DNA of 64,000 nt from the NCBI GenBank assembly GCA_021817145.1, contig JAKAVV010000013.1, positions 3,141-67,140 of the forward strand, in the 5' to 3' direction. The position numbers were made by a program, and so were the translations under genes. Below the pieces are notes generated by a model. The model was not told the origin of the DNA and did no database searches. It saw nothing but the letters and a program-made list of their open reading frames with translations. The DNA is from a bacterium (GTDB taxonomy: Bacteria; Vulcanimicrobiota; JABDET01). This document shows positions 36,555 to 46,222 of this stretch, in pieces; within the stretch, counting starts at the first letter, position 1, and every line of letters starts with the position of its first letter.

Positions 36555-37671
36555 TTTTTTATTTTTAAGCAATGGTTACGGGGAAGATGCGATCGCTTCA
36601 AAAATCGCAGAAACTGCACAGAATCAGCGAAGCTCAGCTGCATTCCCCTTAATTGGAAGAGGAAAAAGCTATGAAAAAAGAGGGGTTCCTGTCATTCATT
36701 CATTTCCCGAACTCCCTTCAGCAGGGGTCTCTTTTTACCAGGATTTTAAATCAGGGTTAATCAGGAGATTGAAGGACGAGTGGACCGCTCTTGAAAAAAT
36801 CGGAAAAGAGGCGCGATTCATCATTGCTGTAGGAGATATATTCCCTGTTTTTTTATCTCAATACTCCGCGCGCCGCCCAACTGTTTTTATCGGAACAGCG
36901 AAATCGCATTATGTTCAAGATTATAATTTTCTAGAAAGATCACTGTTAAAGAGAAACTTAAAAAACTTTGTTCGAGACAAGATCACTGCCGATGTTTTAA
37001 ACAAAAAAGATACAGCTGCAGATTTTGTCGGAAACCCAATGATGGATGAAACCCTTGCTGCCACCTGGAATTTTCCGGATTTTGATGGATTAACCCTTGC
37101 TCTTTTACCTGGCTCACGCTCAGACTGCGCAGAGAACTTTTCAATACAAGTAGAGGCACTGCAGCTCTTGCAGCAGACAAAAAGGGTAAAAATTAGAGGG
37201 ATCGCTCATCTCCCTCCATCTCTGGATCCCAAAATCTTAACCTCAAAATTGATTGGATGGGATGGAGTGTCAACAAACGAAGCTCCGTTTCTTTTAGGAG
37301 CTTACACCCAGGGGGAGGTTTTACTTCTACTGGCGCAAAATTCTCTTGGGGAGACCCTTAAAGCTTCTTCTCTTGTTTTAGGGCAGGCAGGGACAGGAAA
37401 TGAACAAGCAGCAGGAGCAGGGAAACCAGTTGTGGCTTTTGATTGGTCGTTTTCAAGAAATGGAAAGCTGTCCTGGTACAGATGGAGACAGAAGAAACTG
37501 CTAGGGGATGCCCTTGCAGTTGTTCGGGCTGATTCCAAACACCTGGCTGAAAAAACTTATCACATCTTAGGGGATCGAGATCTGTATCAAAAAATGTCTT
37601 ATGAAGGGAAAAATCGCATGGGTCCAGCAGGGGGTTCTCAAAAAATTGTCGAATATTTAAAGACTCTTTAG
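36523..37671 (+). CDS. LpxB-related GT-B glycosyltransferase (TIGR03492-like)
   Basis: LSNGYGEDAIA, GTAKSHY, VGNPMMD, LLPGSR and AGTGNEQAAGAGKPV; start codon uncertain. Confidence 0.75.
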   Translation: MKGVLFLGLYDFLFLSNGYGEDAIASKIAETAQNQRSSAAFPLIGRGKSYEKRGVPVIHSFPELPSAGVSFYQDFKSGLIRRLKDEWTALEKIGKEARFIIAVGDIFPVFLSQYSARRPTVFIGTAKSHYVQDYNFLERSLLKRNLKNFVRDKITADVLNKKDTAADFVGNPMMDETLAATWNFPDFDGLTLALLPGSRSDCAENFSIQVEALQLLQQTKRVKIRGIAHLPPSLDPKILTSKLIGWDGVSTNEAPFLLGAYTQGEVLLLLAQNSLGETLKASSLVLGQAGTGNEQAAGAGKPVVAFDWSFSRNGKLSWYRWRQKKLLGDALAVVRADSKHLAEKTYHILGDRDLYQKMSYEGKNRMGPAGGSQKIVEYLKTL

Positions 37672-37677
37672 GCTCTC

Positions 37678-37706
37678 TTGCGTATCTTAACCAAGCATGT
37701 TATAAT
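37678..37706 (+). promoter_or_regulatory. Sigma70-type promoter of the PAS-GGDEF-EAL gene
   Basis: TTGCGT-N17-TATAAT with an extended -10 TG. Confidence 0.6.
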
Positions 37707-37711
37707 TAAGG

Positions 37712-39433
37712 ATGCCAATGAATTTTCAAGAGTTGACTTTTTCACAGACTGTTTTGGAAAATGTGGGAGAAGCTATTATTGTTGTTGACTCAAATGGGCA
37801 CATCCAATTTATCAATCAATCAGGAGAAAAGCTGTTCGGATATTCTCTTCAAGAAATAGCGGGAAAAAACTTTAAAATACTATTTCACGAACCTCTGCTG
37901 GGATGGCATCAAGAGTACCTTGACATTCTCCAGTCCGACAGTTTCAGAAAACCGACTTCGCGAGAATCTATAGGAATGCGCAAAGATGGGACCACCCTTC
38001 CTCTCGATTTAATTTTAAGCAAAATGTCGTCGCAGAGCATTCCTTTTTTAATTATCAGCGCCAGAAACGCGCAAAAAAGAAAGGTGATAACAGACCAGGT
38101 AAAAGATCAAGCCCGAAGAGATCCTTTAACCGGGCTGTCAAGCAAAGATTTTTTTATTGAGCGGCTTAATACGATTCTGAACAGCGCAAAAAGAATCAGT
38201 CAAATGGTTGGAGTGATTTGCTGCAATTTGGACAGATTCAGTTTAATTAACAATACCCTTGGAAGGAATATTGGGGATGAGTTCCTTGAGAAAGTGGGAA
38301 AGCGGATTAAAAACTGCTCAAGAGAAGGGGATGTCATCTCCCGCTTTGCGGGAGATGAATTTTATATTATGCTTCCTTACTTAAAATCTCCGAATGATTC
38401 GGTAGGGTTTTCTAACCGAATCATTGATTCTTTGAGATATCCATTCATCATTAAAGAGAGAGAACTTTACATTACAGCCAGCCTTGGGATTTCTATTTTC
38501 CCGACCCTTGCTTCTGACTCAGACTCCTTAATTTCAAATGCGAATATGGCAATGCGCGAAGCAAAAAAACATGGGAGAAATTGCTGGAAACTGTTTTCAA
38601 TTGAGTCCAATATCAAAACTCTTGACTCTCTCATGATTTATTCTCAGCTTCATGGAGCCATTAAGCGCAGGGAGTTGTCTTTAAATTTTCAACCCATTGT
38701 AGAGGCTAAAACCTTAACTTTAAAAGGAGCGGAAGCTCTGGCTCGATGGAACCATCCTGAACTGGGAAAAATCCCCCCCTCTGATTTTATTCCTGTGGCT
38801 GAGGAAACAGGATTTATTGATACGATTGGAAAGTTCGTCATGATGAGCGCATGCGCCCAAAGCAAAGCCTGGCAGAACCAGAAACTCCCTCTTATCCCCA
38901 TATCAGTCAATGTCTCCACACCTCAATTTAAAAGTGAAAGATTTGTAGATGTGGTCTCTGAAATACTAGAAGCAAGCGAGCTGAATCCTGAACTCCTCCA
39001 CCTGGAAGTCACAGAAAGTTTAATGATGGAAAATGTGGAAGAATCTATTTCAAAACTCAAAGTATTAAGGGACCACGGAATTAAATTGTGCATTGATGAT
39101 TTTGGGACAGGGTACTCTTCTTTTCAATATTTAAAGCGATTTCCTGTTGATATTTTAAAAATTGACCAATCTTTTGTGAGAGATGTCGTTTCCAGCGCTG
39201 GAGACGCAACCATTGTTTCAGCCATGATTGATGTCGCCCACCGCTTAAAACTAGAAACAACAGCAGAAGGGGTTGAAACAAGGGAACAAATGCTTTTTCT
39301 GCGCGCCCAGGGGTGCGATTATCTTCAAGGATACCTTTTTGACAAGCCTAAACCTCCTGAAGAATTCGCTAGAATCCTTTCCAATCATTATTCTGACCAG
39401 TGGAAAGCTCTTCTGCAAGAGGAAGCATCTTGA
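37712..39433 (+). CDS. PAS-GGDEF-EAL c-di-GMP turnover protein, probably a phosphodiesterase
   Basis: PAS N-terminus; DPLTGL...RFAGDEF variant motif; intact EALARW, DDFGTGYSS, KIDQSF and EGVET. Confidence 0.92.
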   Translation: MPMNFQELTFSQTVLENVGEAIIVVDSNGHIQFINQSGEKLFGYSLQEIAGKNFKILFHEPLLGWHQEYLDILQSDSFRKPTSRESIGMRKDGTTLPLDLILSKMSSQSIPFLIISARNAQKRKVITDQVKDQARRDPLTGLSSKDFFIERLNTILNSAKRISQMVGVICCNLDRFSLINNTLGRNIGDEFLEKVGKRIKNCSREGDVISRFAGDEFYIMLPYLKSPNDSVGFSNRIIDSLRYPFIIKERELYITASLGISIFPTLASDSDSLISNANMAMREAKKHGRNCWKLFSIESNIKTLDSLMIYSQLHGAIKRRELSLNFQPIVEAKTLTLKGAEALARWNHPELGKIPPSDFIPVAEETGFIDTIGKFVMMSACAQSKAWQNQKLPLIPISVNVSTPQFKSERFVDVVSEILEASELNPELLHLEVTESLMMENVEESISKLKVLRDHGIKLCIDDFGTGYSSFQYLKRFPVDILKIDQSFVRDVVSSAGDATIVSAMIDVAHRLKLETTAEGVETREQMLFLRAQGCDYLQGYLFDKPKPPEEFARILSNHYSDQWKALLQEEAS

Positions 39434-39891
39434 AAAAGCTGTTTAAAAAAAAAGGATATACTTTAATCGAGCTCATGATTGTCATCGCCATTATCGGGAT
39501 TATGGCTTCCATCATGATCCCGAATTTTGTGAGAGCAAGAGCAGAAGCTGAGATGTCAGCTTGTGAATCCAATGAACGGAACCTGGCAAATGCCCTTGAC
39601 ATGTATGCTGTTGATAATAACGGCAACTATCCAACCTCAAGCGGTGGACCTGGAGGAATGACTCTTCTGACTCCTAATTATATGCCAGGGCTCCCTGTTT
39701 GTCCAACAGATCAGTCTCAATATTATTATGAAACCATCAGCACGCCAATATTTAAATTTACGATCTCCTGCCAGGGTGATTTTACCATGCTTTTAGGTCC
39801 GACCAATGGAGGTCCACCAGGATCCCCCCATTACCCAAAATATTCACTGACTGGTGGAACCAATGGCGGCACAGGAAATATTCATCCCTGA
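39430..39891 (+). CDS. Type IV pilin / type II secretion pseudopilin-like protein
   Basis: Class III signal KKG|YTLIELMIVIAIIGI with E5; TTG start overlaps the upstream stop. Confidence 0.9.
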   Translation: MKKLFKKKGYTLIELMIVIAIIGIMASIMIPNFVRARAEAEMSACESNERNLANALDMYAVDNNGNYPTSSGGPGGMTLLTPNYMPGLPVCPTDQSQYYYETISTPIFKFTISCQGDFTMLLGPTNGGPPGSPHYPKYSLTGGTNGGTGNIHP

Positions 39892-39910
39892 GCAGGAAAA
39901 GCCTAATTCG

Positions 39911-41131
39911 TTATTTTTTTTTCTTTTCTGCGATCTCTTTTAATACTTTAAAATATTCTGCAGCCAAATCTTTTCGAAGGAATTTTTTAAAGACATACTG
40001 CTTCCCTAATTCCCCTATTTTCTTTCTTTTTTCAGGATTGGATTTCAATTCCAGAATCGCCTTTGCAACTTGATCCATATCCTCAGGGCTAACTTGAACT
40101 CCACCCCCAGACTCCTCTAAAATTTGAGAAGCATCCCCTTTTTCAAGAAGGAGTAAAACGGGCTTTCCCGCAGCCAGATAATCAAATAAACGATTGGGAA
40201 TAAAAGCGCTGAAAGAGCCTGTTTGAGCATGAGTTAAAAAACACAGATCCGCTTTTTCTAAAAGATCAGGGACCTCTTTTCTTGGGACAGGTTCTAAAAA
40301 CAAAACATTGTCTAATTTTTTTACACTAGCCTCTCTCATGAGCTTTTTCTTCTCTACCCCATCTCCAACGAAAATAAACTGAATATCCCTATAATTCACT
40401 AATTTTTCGGCAATTTTCAAAAGGGTCTCTAACTGATTTGCCCTTCCCATTGACCCCACATAAAAGACTGAAAATTTTCCGCTTTTATTAAACGCTGGCT
40501 CTCTTTCATTTTCCACCCTGTCTTCAAAAATCGGATCCACTCCATTGGGAATCACCCGCATTTTTTCCATGGGAATCCCCTTTTGAGCGATAATTTTCGC
40601 AAATCCATTTGTCAGCGGAACGATAAAAGAAGAGTCCCGATAAAATTTAGCGATTATTTTATCCGCTGTTCGAGCAAGAAACCCAATTTTAACTCCAAGA
40701 TCCCGAATCATTTCCGGCCACAAATCTCGAATCTCCAAAACCCAGGGGATCTTTTTCAATCTATTGGAAAGCCATCCCATCAAAGCAGCGCTGGGAGGAG
40801 GAGACGTGGCAATCAAAACATCCGCTGAAGCGGCAAAAACAAAAGGGAGAGACAAAAAGAAAAAAGAGAGATAACAGAGGATTTTCCCTATCATTCCGAA
40901 TTTTAAAAAAGGAAGACAGGAGACCCATGTAATGGCTATCCCATCTATCTCCTCTTTTTTCCAGAGACGGTAAAAAGGTAATTTAGACTTTCCAGTCATG
41001 TAATTCACAGCCCCTGCAATCACCTGAACCTCTGCCCCTTGCTGTTTAAAAAAACGACATAAAAAGATGTGGCGGCTGCCTCCAGGTTCTGAATCCAGAA
41101 TGAAAAACTGATGCAGAAGAAGAATTTTCAT
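39911..41131 (-). CDS. GT4-family glycosyltransferase (WbuB-like)
   Basis: ATSPP, EIRDLWPE, IPNGVD, YVGSMGRAN and PNRLFDYLAAGKPV. Confidence 0.9.
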   Translation of the reverse strand: MKILLLHQFFILDSEPGGSRHIFLCRFFKQQGAEVQVIAGAVNYMTGKSKLPFYRLWKKEEIDGIAITWVSCLPFLKFGMIGKILCYLSFFFLSLPFVFAASADVLIATSPPPSAALMGWLSNRLKKIPWVLEIRDLWPEMIRDLGVKIGFLARTADKIIAKFYRDSSFIVPLTNGFAKIIAQKGIPMEKMRVIPNGVDPIFEDRVENEREPAFNKSGKFSVFYVGSMGRANQLETLLKIAEKLVNYRDIQFIFVGDGVEKKKLMREASVKKLDNVLFLEPVPRKEVPDLLEKADLCFLTHAQTGSFSAFIPNRLFDYLAAGKPVLLLLEKGDASQILEESGGGVQVSPEDMDQVAKAILELKSNPEKRKKIGELGKQYVFKKFLRKDLAAEYFKVLKEIAEKKKK

Positions 41132-41211
41132 GGCGATCCAGGGAAACTTTTCCTGCTGCTGCCTGGAATCCTGTTGGCAGGGGAATAATCTCTCATGTCA
41201 AAAAGCCTGCC

Positions 41212-42231
41212 ATGATTCTCTTTTTATTAACTTTTTCGCTCTGTTTTATTTTTACACAGTTGTGGCTTGTTATTTCACATCATTATTTACTCTATCAGAA
41301 AATACGAGAAGAAGGGCCGAAAGAACACTTAGAAAAAAAATCTACGGTTCCAACAATGGGTGGAATCGCTGTAATGCTCAGCATTCTTCTGGCAGTTCCA
41401 ACCATGATAAGATGGCATCCTGCCTCTCAAAAAAGTCATTTGTCTTTATCCATAATACATCTACTCCCTTTGTTATTTGCTTTTTTTGCAAGCGGACTCC
41501 TTGGGCTGGCAGATGACTTAATGAAATTCTTCAGAGGGAAAAACCTGGGGTTAAAAGGAAGATACAAGATTGCTGGAGAGTGCTTGATAGGAGCTGTGCT
41601 CTGGTATCTTCTTTTCAAAGAACATCTGCTTAACTCTTACAATTCCATGATTTTGAAGTGTTTAATTTTCATTTTCGGGAAAACTCATGCTGAAATTTTA
41701 GTTGGTCTCTCTGTTTTCCTTGTCATGCTGCTGGTCGTGGTTGTGGTGTTTGCGACAACCAGCGCCGTCAATTTTACGGATGGACTGGATGGGCTTGCCT
41801 GCGGTGTTTCCATTTTCCCGCTCCTCTATTTTCTGTATTTAGGGTTTATCCAGCATCAATTATCCGCTTATCATTTTACGTTATCCCTCCTGGGAGCCTG
41901 CGCTGCGTTCTTATGGTTTAACTCTTATCCTGCTAAAATTTTCATGGGAGATTCTGGATCGCAGGCTTTAGGAGGAGCTCTTGCTGCTCTTGCATTCCAG
42001 GTCCAGAGAGTTTTCTGGCTGCCTGTTGTCGGAGGGGTTTTTGTCATTGAGACAGCTTCGATCATCATTCAGGTAACCTATTTTAAACTAACAGGAGGGA
42101 AGAGGATCTTCAAAATGTCCCCTCTTCATCATCATTTTGAGCTGTCAGGAATCCATGAAAATCAAATCACTATTCGATTCTGGATCCTCTCTATGCTTTT
42201 GTGTTTGATTGCGACAGCTGCAGGGCATTAA
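41212..42231 (+). CDS. mraY: Phospho-MurNAc-pentapeptide transferase
   Basis: IREEGPKEH, PTMGG, NFTDGLDGL, FMGDSGS and PLHHHFE. Confidence 0.95.
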   Translation: MILFLLTFSLCFIFTQLWLVISHHYLLYQKIREEGPKEHLEKKSTVPTMGGIAVMLSILLAVPTMIRWHPASQKSHLSLSIIHLLPLLFAFFASGLLGLADDLMKFFRGKNLGLKGRYKIAGECLIGAVLWYLLFKEHLLNSYNSMILKCLIFIFGKTHAEILVGLSVFLVMLLVVVVVFATTSAVNFTDGLDGLACGVSIFPLLYFLYLGFIQHQLSAYHFTLSLLGACAAFLWFNSYPAKIFMGDSGSQALGGALAALAFQVQRVFWLPVVGGVFVIETASIIIQVTYFKLTGGKRIFKMSPLHHHFELSGIHENQITIRFWILSMLLCLIATAAGH

Positions 42232-42351
42232 GCTCCGCTTCCTGATATTGGAAAGATGTTCTGCTCTCCTATAGGGGAGTTATTTTATCCGATATTCATG
42301 TGGAGGAATACTCTATCAATATAAAGAACCACATCTTAGAGGAAAAGGAGA

Positions 42352-42600
42352 ATGTCTCTTGCTCGATCCAAAATAGAAGAAAAAAATCTTTTCAATTATC
42401 GTGATTATTTTCTGCTCCCTGACAATGGAAAACGATACCAGATTATCGAAGGAGAACTGTTCATGACTCCACCCCCTGGATTTTCTCATCAACGATCAGT
42501 TACTCAATTAAGTAAGATCCTTGCGAATTATCTAGATAAGAATCCGATTGGAGAAGTGATCTGCGCTCCTTATGCTGTGGGTTTAATTTACTCCACTTGA
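42352..42600 (+). pseudogene. Truncated Uma2-family (DUF820) endonuclease
   Basis: DYFLLPDNGKRYQIIEGELFMTPPP...HQ...GEVICAP, then a stop before the PD-(D/E)xK core. Confidence 0.75.
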
Positions 42601-42632
42601 GCATATAAATTGGTTATATAAGGATTTCAGAA

Positions 42633-43985
42633 ATAGACGATATACTCTTTGACAGAATCTCAAAAATTACCGTTCTCGGATTAGGAAAAAGCGGGATGGC
42701 AGCAGTCCGCTTTTTTAAACGGAAAGGGGTCGAAATTTTTGCGAGCGATTTTGGGAATCCCCCTGACAAAAGCTTGCAAGAGCTGCAGAATCTTGAAGTT
42801 TCTTACGAAACCGGAAAGCACACGGAAAAGATTTATGCCACTGACTTAATCCTTGTAAGTCCAGGCATTGATGCCTATCATCCGATTTTGATTGAAGCGA
42901 GAAAGAGAAAAATTCCGATATGCCCTGAAATTGAAGCTGCTTACCACTTCTGCCCCTCCCCTATTATCGCCATTACAGGAACCAATGGGAAATCGTCGGT
43001 CGCCGCTCTTACAGCGCACCTGATGAAACAAGCTGGATTAGATTCTAGACTGGTAGGAAATATTGGGATCCCGCTCCTGGAAGAAATTCCCACTTTAACC
43101 CCCCAAAGCTGGGCAGTTATGGAGGTTAGCTCCTTTCAATTGGAAACCATCACCCATTTCCATCCCAAGATCTCTTGCATTTTAAACATCACTCAAGACC
43201 ACTTAAACCGTCATCCTGATCTGAACGCTTATATTCGAGCAAAAGCGCGAATTATGGAAAATCAAACAGAAAAAGATACTGCTGTCTTAAACAAAGATGA
43301 CCCTACAACAAGATCCCTTGCTGCAAGAACAAAAGCTGAGATTTTATGGTTTGGAGAAGGGGAAATCTATTTAAATGAGAATAAAATTATTAGGGAACAG
43401 GGGGGGGCAAAAATAGTATTAGCGCAGTTTGAGAAATTTCAATTGCCAGGGAAGCATAATCTGAACAACCTGACTGCTGCTGCTGCTGTCTGCCATGCGG
43501 CAGGATTAACTTCTCCCATAAAAGGAATTGAAACTTTTACAGGGCTTCCTCACCGCCTCGAATTTGTAAAGGTCATACAAGAAATTGAATTCTGGGATGA
43601 TTCGAAAGCGACAAATCCCAATTCTGCGGCAAGCGCGCTGAAGAGTTTCAATAGCCCGATCATTCTCATAGCAGGAGGAAGCGAGAAAGGGTTGGACTTC
43701 CATCCATTGACTGAAGCTGCAGTTGGCAAAGTTAAAGCTCTCATTGCATTAGGAAAAGAAAATTCGAAGCTGCTGCAAGCTTTTTCATTCCTTGAAAAAG
43801 AAGCGGTCTTTGAAACAACAGAGATGAACCAGGCTGTTTTTGAAGCGTTTAAAAGAGCGCAGTCGGGAGAGATCGTTTTGTTGAGCCCTGCTAATGCTAG
43901 TTTTGATCTCTTTCATTCCGCTGAGGAAAGAGGAGATCAGTTTAAAAACAGCGTTGAAAAACTTTCGCGAGGAGAATGGCGGTGA
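42633..43985 (+). CDS. murD: UDP-MurNAc-L-Ala:D-Glu ligase, apparently with a non-canonical start
   Basis: GLGKSG lies upstream of the first ATG (42696); SPG, ITGTNGKS, EVSSFQL, DHLNRH, DSKATN and SPANASFD. Confidence 0.92.
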   Translation: MDDILFDRISKITVLGLGKSGMAAVRFFKRKGVEIFASDFGNPPDKSLQELQNLEVSYETGKHTEKIYATDLILVSPGIDAYHPILIEARKRKIPICPEIEAAYHFCPSPIIAITGTNGKSSVAALTAHLMKQAGLDSRLVGNIGIPLLEEIPTLTPQSWAVMEVSSFQLETITHFHPKISCILNITQDHLNRHPDLNAYIRAKARIMENQTEKDTAVLNKDDPTTRSLAARTKAEILWFGEGEIYLNENKIIREQGGAKIVLAQFEKFQLPGKHNLNNLTAAAAVCHAAGLTSPIKGIETFTGLPHRLEFVKVIQEIEFWDDSKATNPNSAASALKSFNSPIILIAGGSEKGLDFHPLTEAAVGKVKALIALGKENSKLLQAFSFLEKEAVFETTEMNQAVFEAFKRAQSGEIVLLSPANASFDLFHSAEERGDQFKNSVEKLSRGEWR

Positions 43986-45121
43986 AATATAAAAAACCTG
44001 ACATGGTTCTTCTTTTTTTAATTTTTCTGCTTCTGGCAGTAGGATTGATCATGGTTTTCAGTTCAAGCACAGGAATCGCTCTGGCAATCACAAGAAAAGA
44101 CCCAAATCCTTACTATTTTTTAGAAAGACAGATCGTCTGGGTTATTCTTGGGTTTGCGGGACTGCTGGCAGCTTATCATCTTGACCTGAATTTAATCAAA
44201 AAATACATCCCATGGCTTTATATGACCTGTATCGGCATGTTGCTGCTGGTCCTGGTTCCAGGGATTGGAATGGATGTTTCAGGAGCAAGGCGGTGGTTTC
44301 ACTTTTCATTTGTCAATTTACAGCCTGCCGAGTTTTCAAAGGTCGTGTTAATTTTATTCATTTCCTGGTTCATCACTCGAAAAGGGGGGCTCTCCACCTC
44401 CTTATGGAAAACCATTTTTCCCCTATTAGTTTCAATTCTGCCTTTAATCTATCTCGTTTATAAAGAACCCGATTTCGGCACAGCGTTTCTCATGTTCACA
44501 ACAGCTCTTGGAACGATTTTTGTTTCAGGAATTCAACTGAAAGATATGGCGCTTTTAAGTTCAGCATCCCTTCCTGCTGGAATTTTTTATATGCTGAAAG
44601 CTAAGTATCGCCTGAAACGACTCCAGGGATTCTTCAATCCATGGAAACATCCCTATACTTCAGGATATCATATTATTCAATCCCTTATTGCGGTAGGATC
44701 AGGTGGATGGTTTGGCGTTGGACTTGGCGACTCCAGACAGAAATTTTTTTATCTTCCGGATCAGCACACAGATTATATTTTTGCGATTCTTGGGGAAGAA
44801 GGGGGGATCCTTGCCACTCTTTTTGTTCTGCTCTTATTCTTATTCGTTGCAGCAAGAGGATTGAATATTGCCTTAAAACAAACGGATCCATTTAAAAGAA
44901 TATTAGCTGCAGGGCTCACCATTTCGATTGTGAGCCAGGCTCTTATCAATATGGCGATGGTCATCCATCTTCTTCCTCCAGTTGGAATTCCTCTCCCTTT
45001 TTTAAGTTATGGGGGCTCCAGTTTAATGACCTGTCTTATCATGATCGGACTTTTGTTAAATCTTTCCCGAATCCCTATTCATAAAAAAATTGAAATGACC
45101 ACTTCTCTTGAGAGCGCATGA
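43976..45121 (+). CDS. ftsW: SEDS peptidoglycan polymerase FtsW
   Basis: GARRW, QPAEFSK, EPDFGT, HTDYIF and PFLSYGGSS. Confidence 0.95.
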   Translation: MAVKYKKPDMVLLFLIFLLLAVGLIMVFSSSTGIALAITRKDPNPYYFLERQIVWVILGFAGLLAAYHLDLNLIKKYIPWLYMTCIGMLLLVLVPGIGMDVSGARRWFHFSFVNLQPAEFSKVVLILFISWFITRKGGLSTSLWKTIFPLLVSILPLIYLVYKEPDFGTAFLMFTTALGTIFVSGIQLKDMALLSSASLPAGIFYMLKAKYRLKRLQGFFNPWKHPYTSGYHIIQSLIAVGSGGWFGVGLGDSRQKFFYLPDQHTDYIFAILGEEGGILATLFVLLLFLFVAARGLNIALKQTDPFKRILAAGLTISIVSQALINMAMVIHLLPPVGIPLPFLSYGGSSLMTCLIMIGLLLNLSRIPIHKKIEMTTSLESA

Positions 45122-46221
45122 AAATCGTTGTCACTGGGGGAGGAACAGGAGGGCACGTTTTTCCCGCTCTTGTTTTGATGCAGCATTTAACTTCTCATGA
45201 GATTGTTTATGCTGGCAGTTCTAAAGGACTTGAGAAAAAACTCGCGGCAGCTTATGGGTTTCGTTTCCTGGAGATTGATTCTATGCCTCTGACAGGGAAA
45301 CGAGTTTTGAAAAATTTTATCGGCATTTTGGTCCTGTGTAAAGGAACCCTGCAGTCTCTTCTTTTCCTTTTCAAATTTAAACCCAATCTAATCATAGGAA
45401 CAGGAGGATATGTTTCCTTCCCTGTCCTTGCAGCAGGCTGGGTCCTTAAAATTCCCACAGTCCTTTTAGAACAAAATCTTCTGCCAGGAAAAACGACTCG
45501 GATCTTTTCTCGCTTGTCATCTTGTGTGTGCGTAAGTTTTGAGGAAACCGCAAAATTCCTCCCTAAAGTAAAAACTAAATTCACGGGGAACCCGGTTCGA
45601 GCTGAAATCGGAAGCATCCAGCATGACGCAGCTTGCGCTGTCCTGGGATTATCTGCAGAGCGCCCCGTTATTTTAGTGATGGGAGCCAGTCAAGGGGCGA
45701 AATCCCTTAATTCCTGCCTTCTAGAAGCCCTTCGCCTTATGCAAGATGAAACCTGGCAAATTCTGCATTTAACAGGAGAATCTCACTACCATGATGTTCT
45801 CCAAAAGGCTCAAGGAGTTCAAAATAAAGAGGCTCTTGTTTACAAAGCTTTCCCTTTTGCAGACAAAATGGAGATCTTTTATGCGGCTTCTGATTTAATC
45901 GTTTCCCGCGCGGGCGCAACAACAATTGCTGAAATCTTAACAGCGGGAAAACCCTCCATTCTAATCCCTTATCCTTATGCCGCAGATAACCATCAGGAAA
46001 TCAATGCCAGGTGGCTGGAAGAAAAAAAAGGATGCGAGATGCTGCTCGAAAAAGATTTAACCCCTGAATCCTTTTATGGAATTTTAAAGGAATGGCTTTC
46101 CAAACCCGATAAATTAAAAGAAGCAGGCAAACAGGCTAAACTTTTATCAAACCCTGACGCCGCAGAAAAAATTATAGCTGTCCTTGAAGAGACAGTAAAA
46201 AGAGAGAGTAAAACAAAATAA
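45118..46221 (+). CDS. murG: MurG glycosyltransferase
   Basis: GGGTGGH, GGYVS, EQN, GNPVR, RAGATT and HQEINA. Confidence 0.96.
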   Translation: MKIVVTGGGTGGHVFPALVLMQHLTSHEIVYAGSSKGLEKKLAAAYGFRFLEIDSMPLTGKRVLKNFIGILVLCKGTLQSLLFLFKFKPNLIIGTGGYVSFPVLAAGWVLKIPTVLLEQNLLPGKTTRIFSRLSSCVCVSFEETAKFLPKVKTKFTGNPVRAEIGSIQHDAACAVLGLSAERPVILVMGASQGAKSLNSCLLEALRLMQDETWQILHLTGESHYHDVLQKAQGVQNKEALVYKAFPFADKMEIFYAASDLIVSRAGATTIAEILTAGKPSILIPYPYAADNHQEINARWLEEKKGCEMLLEKDLTPESFYGILKEWLSKPDKLKEAGKQAKLLSNPDAAEKIIAVLEETVKRESKTK

Positions 46222-46222
46222 C

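Noticed and set aside
41195-41215. Mini-ORF MSKSLP* overlapping the mraY start (possible translational coupling)
   Set aside because: Too short to distinguish from chance without expression or conservation data.
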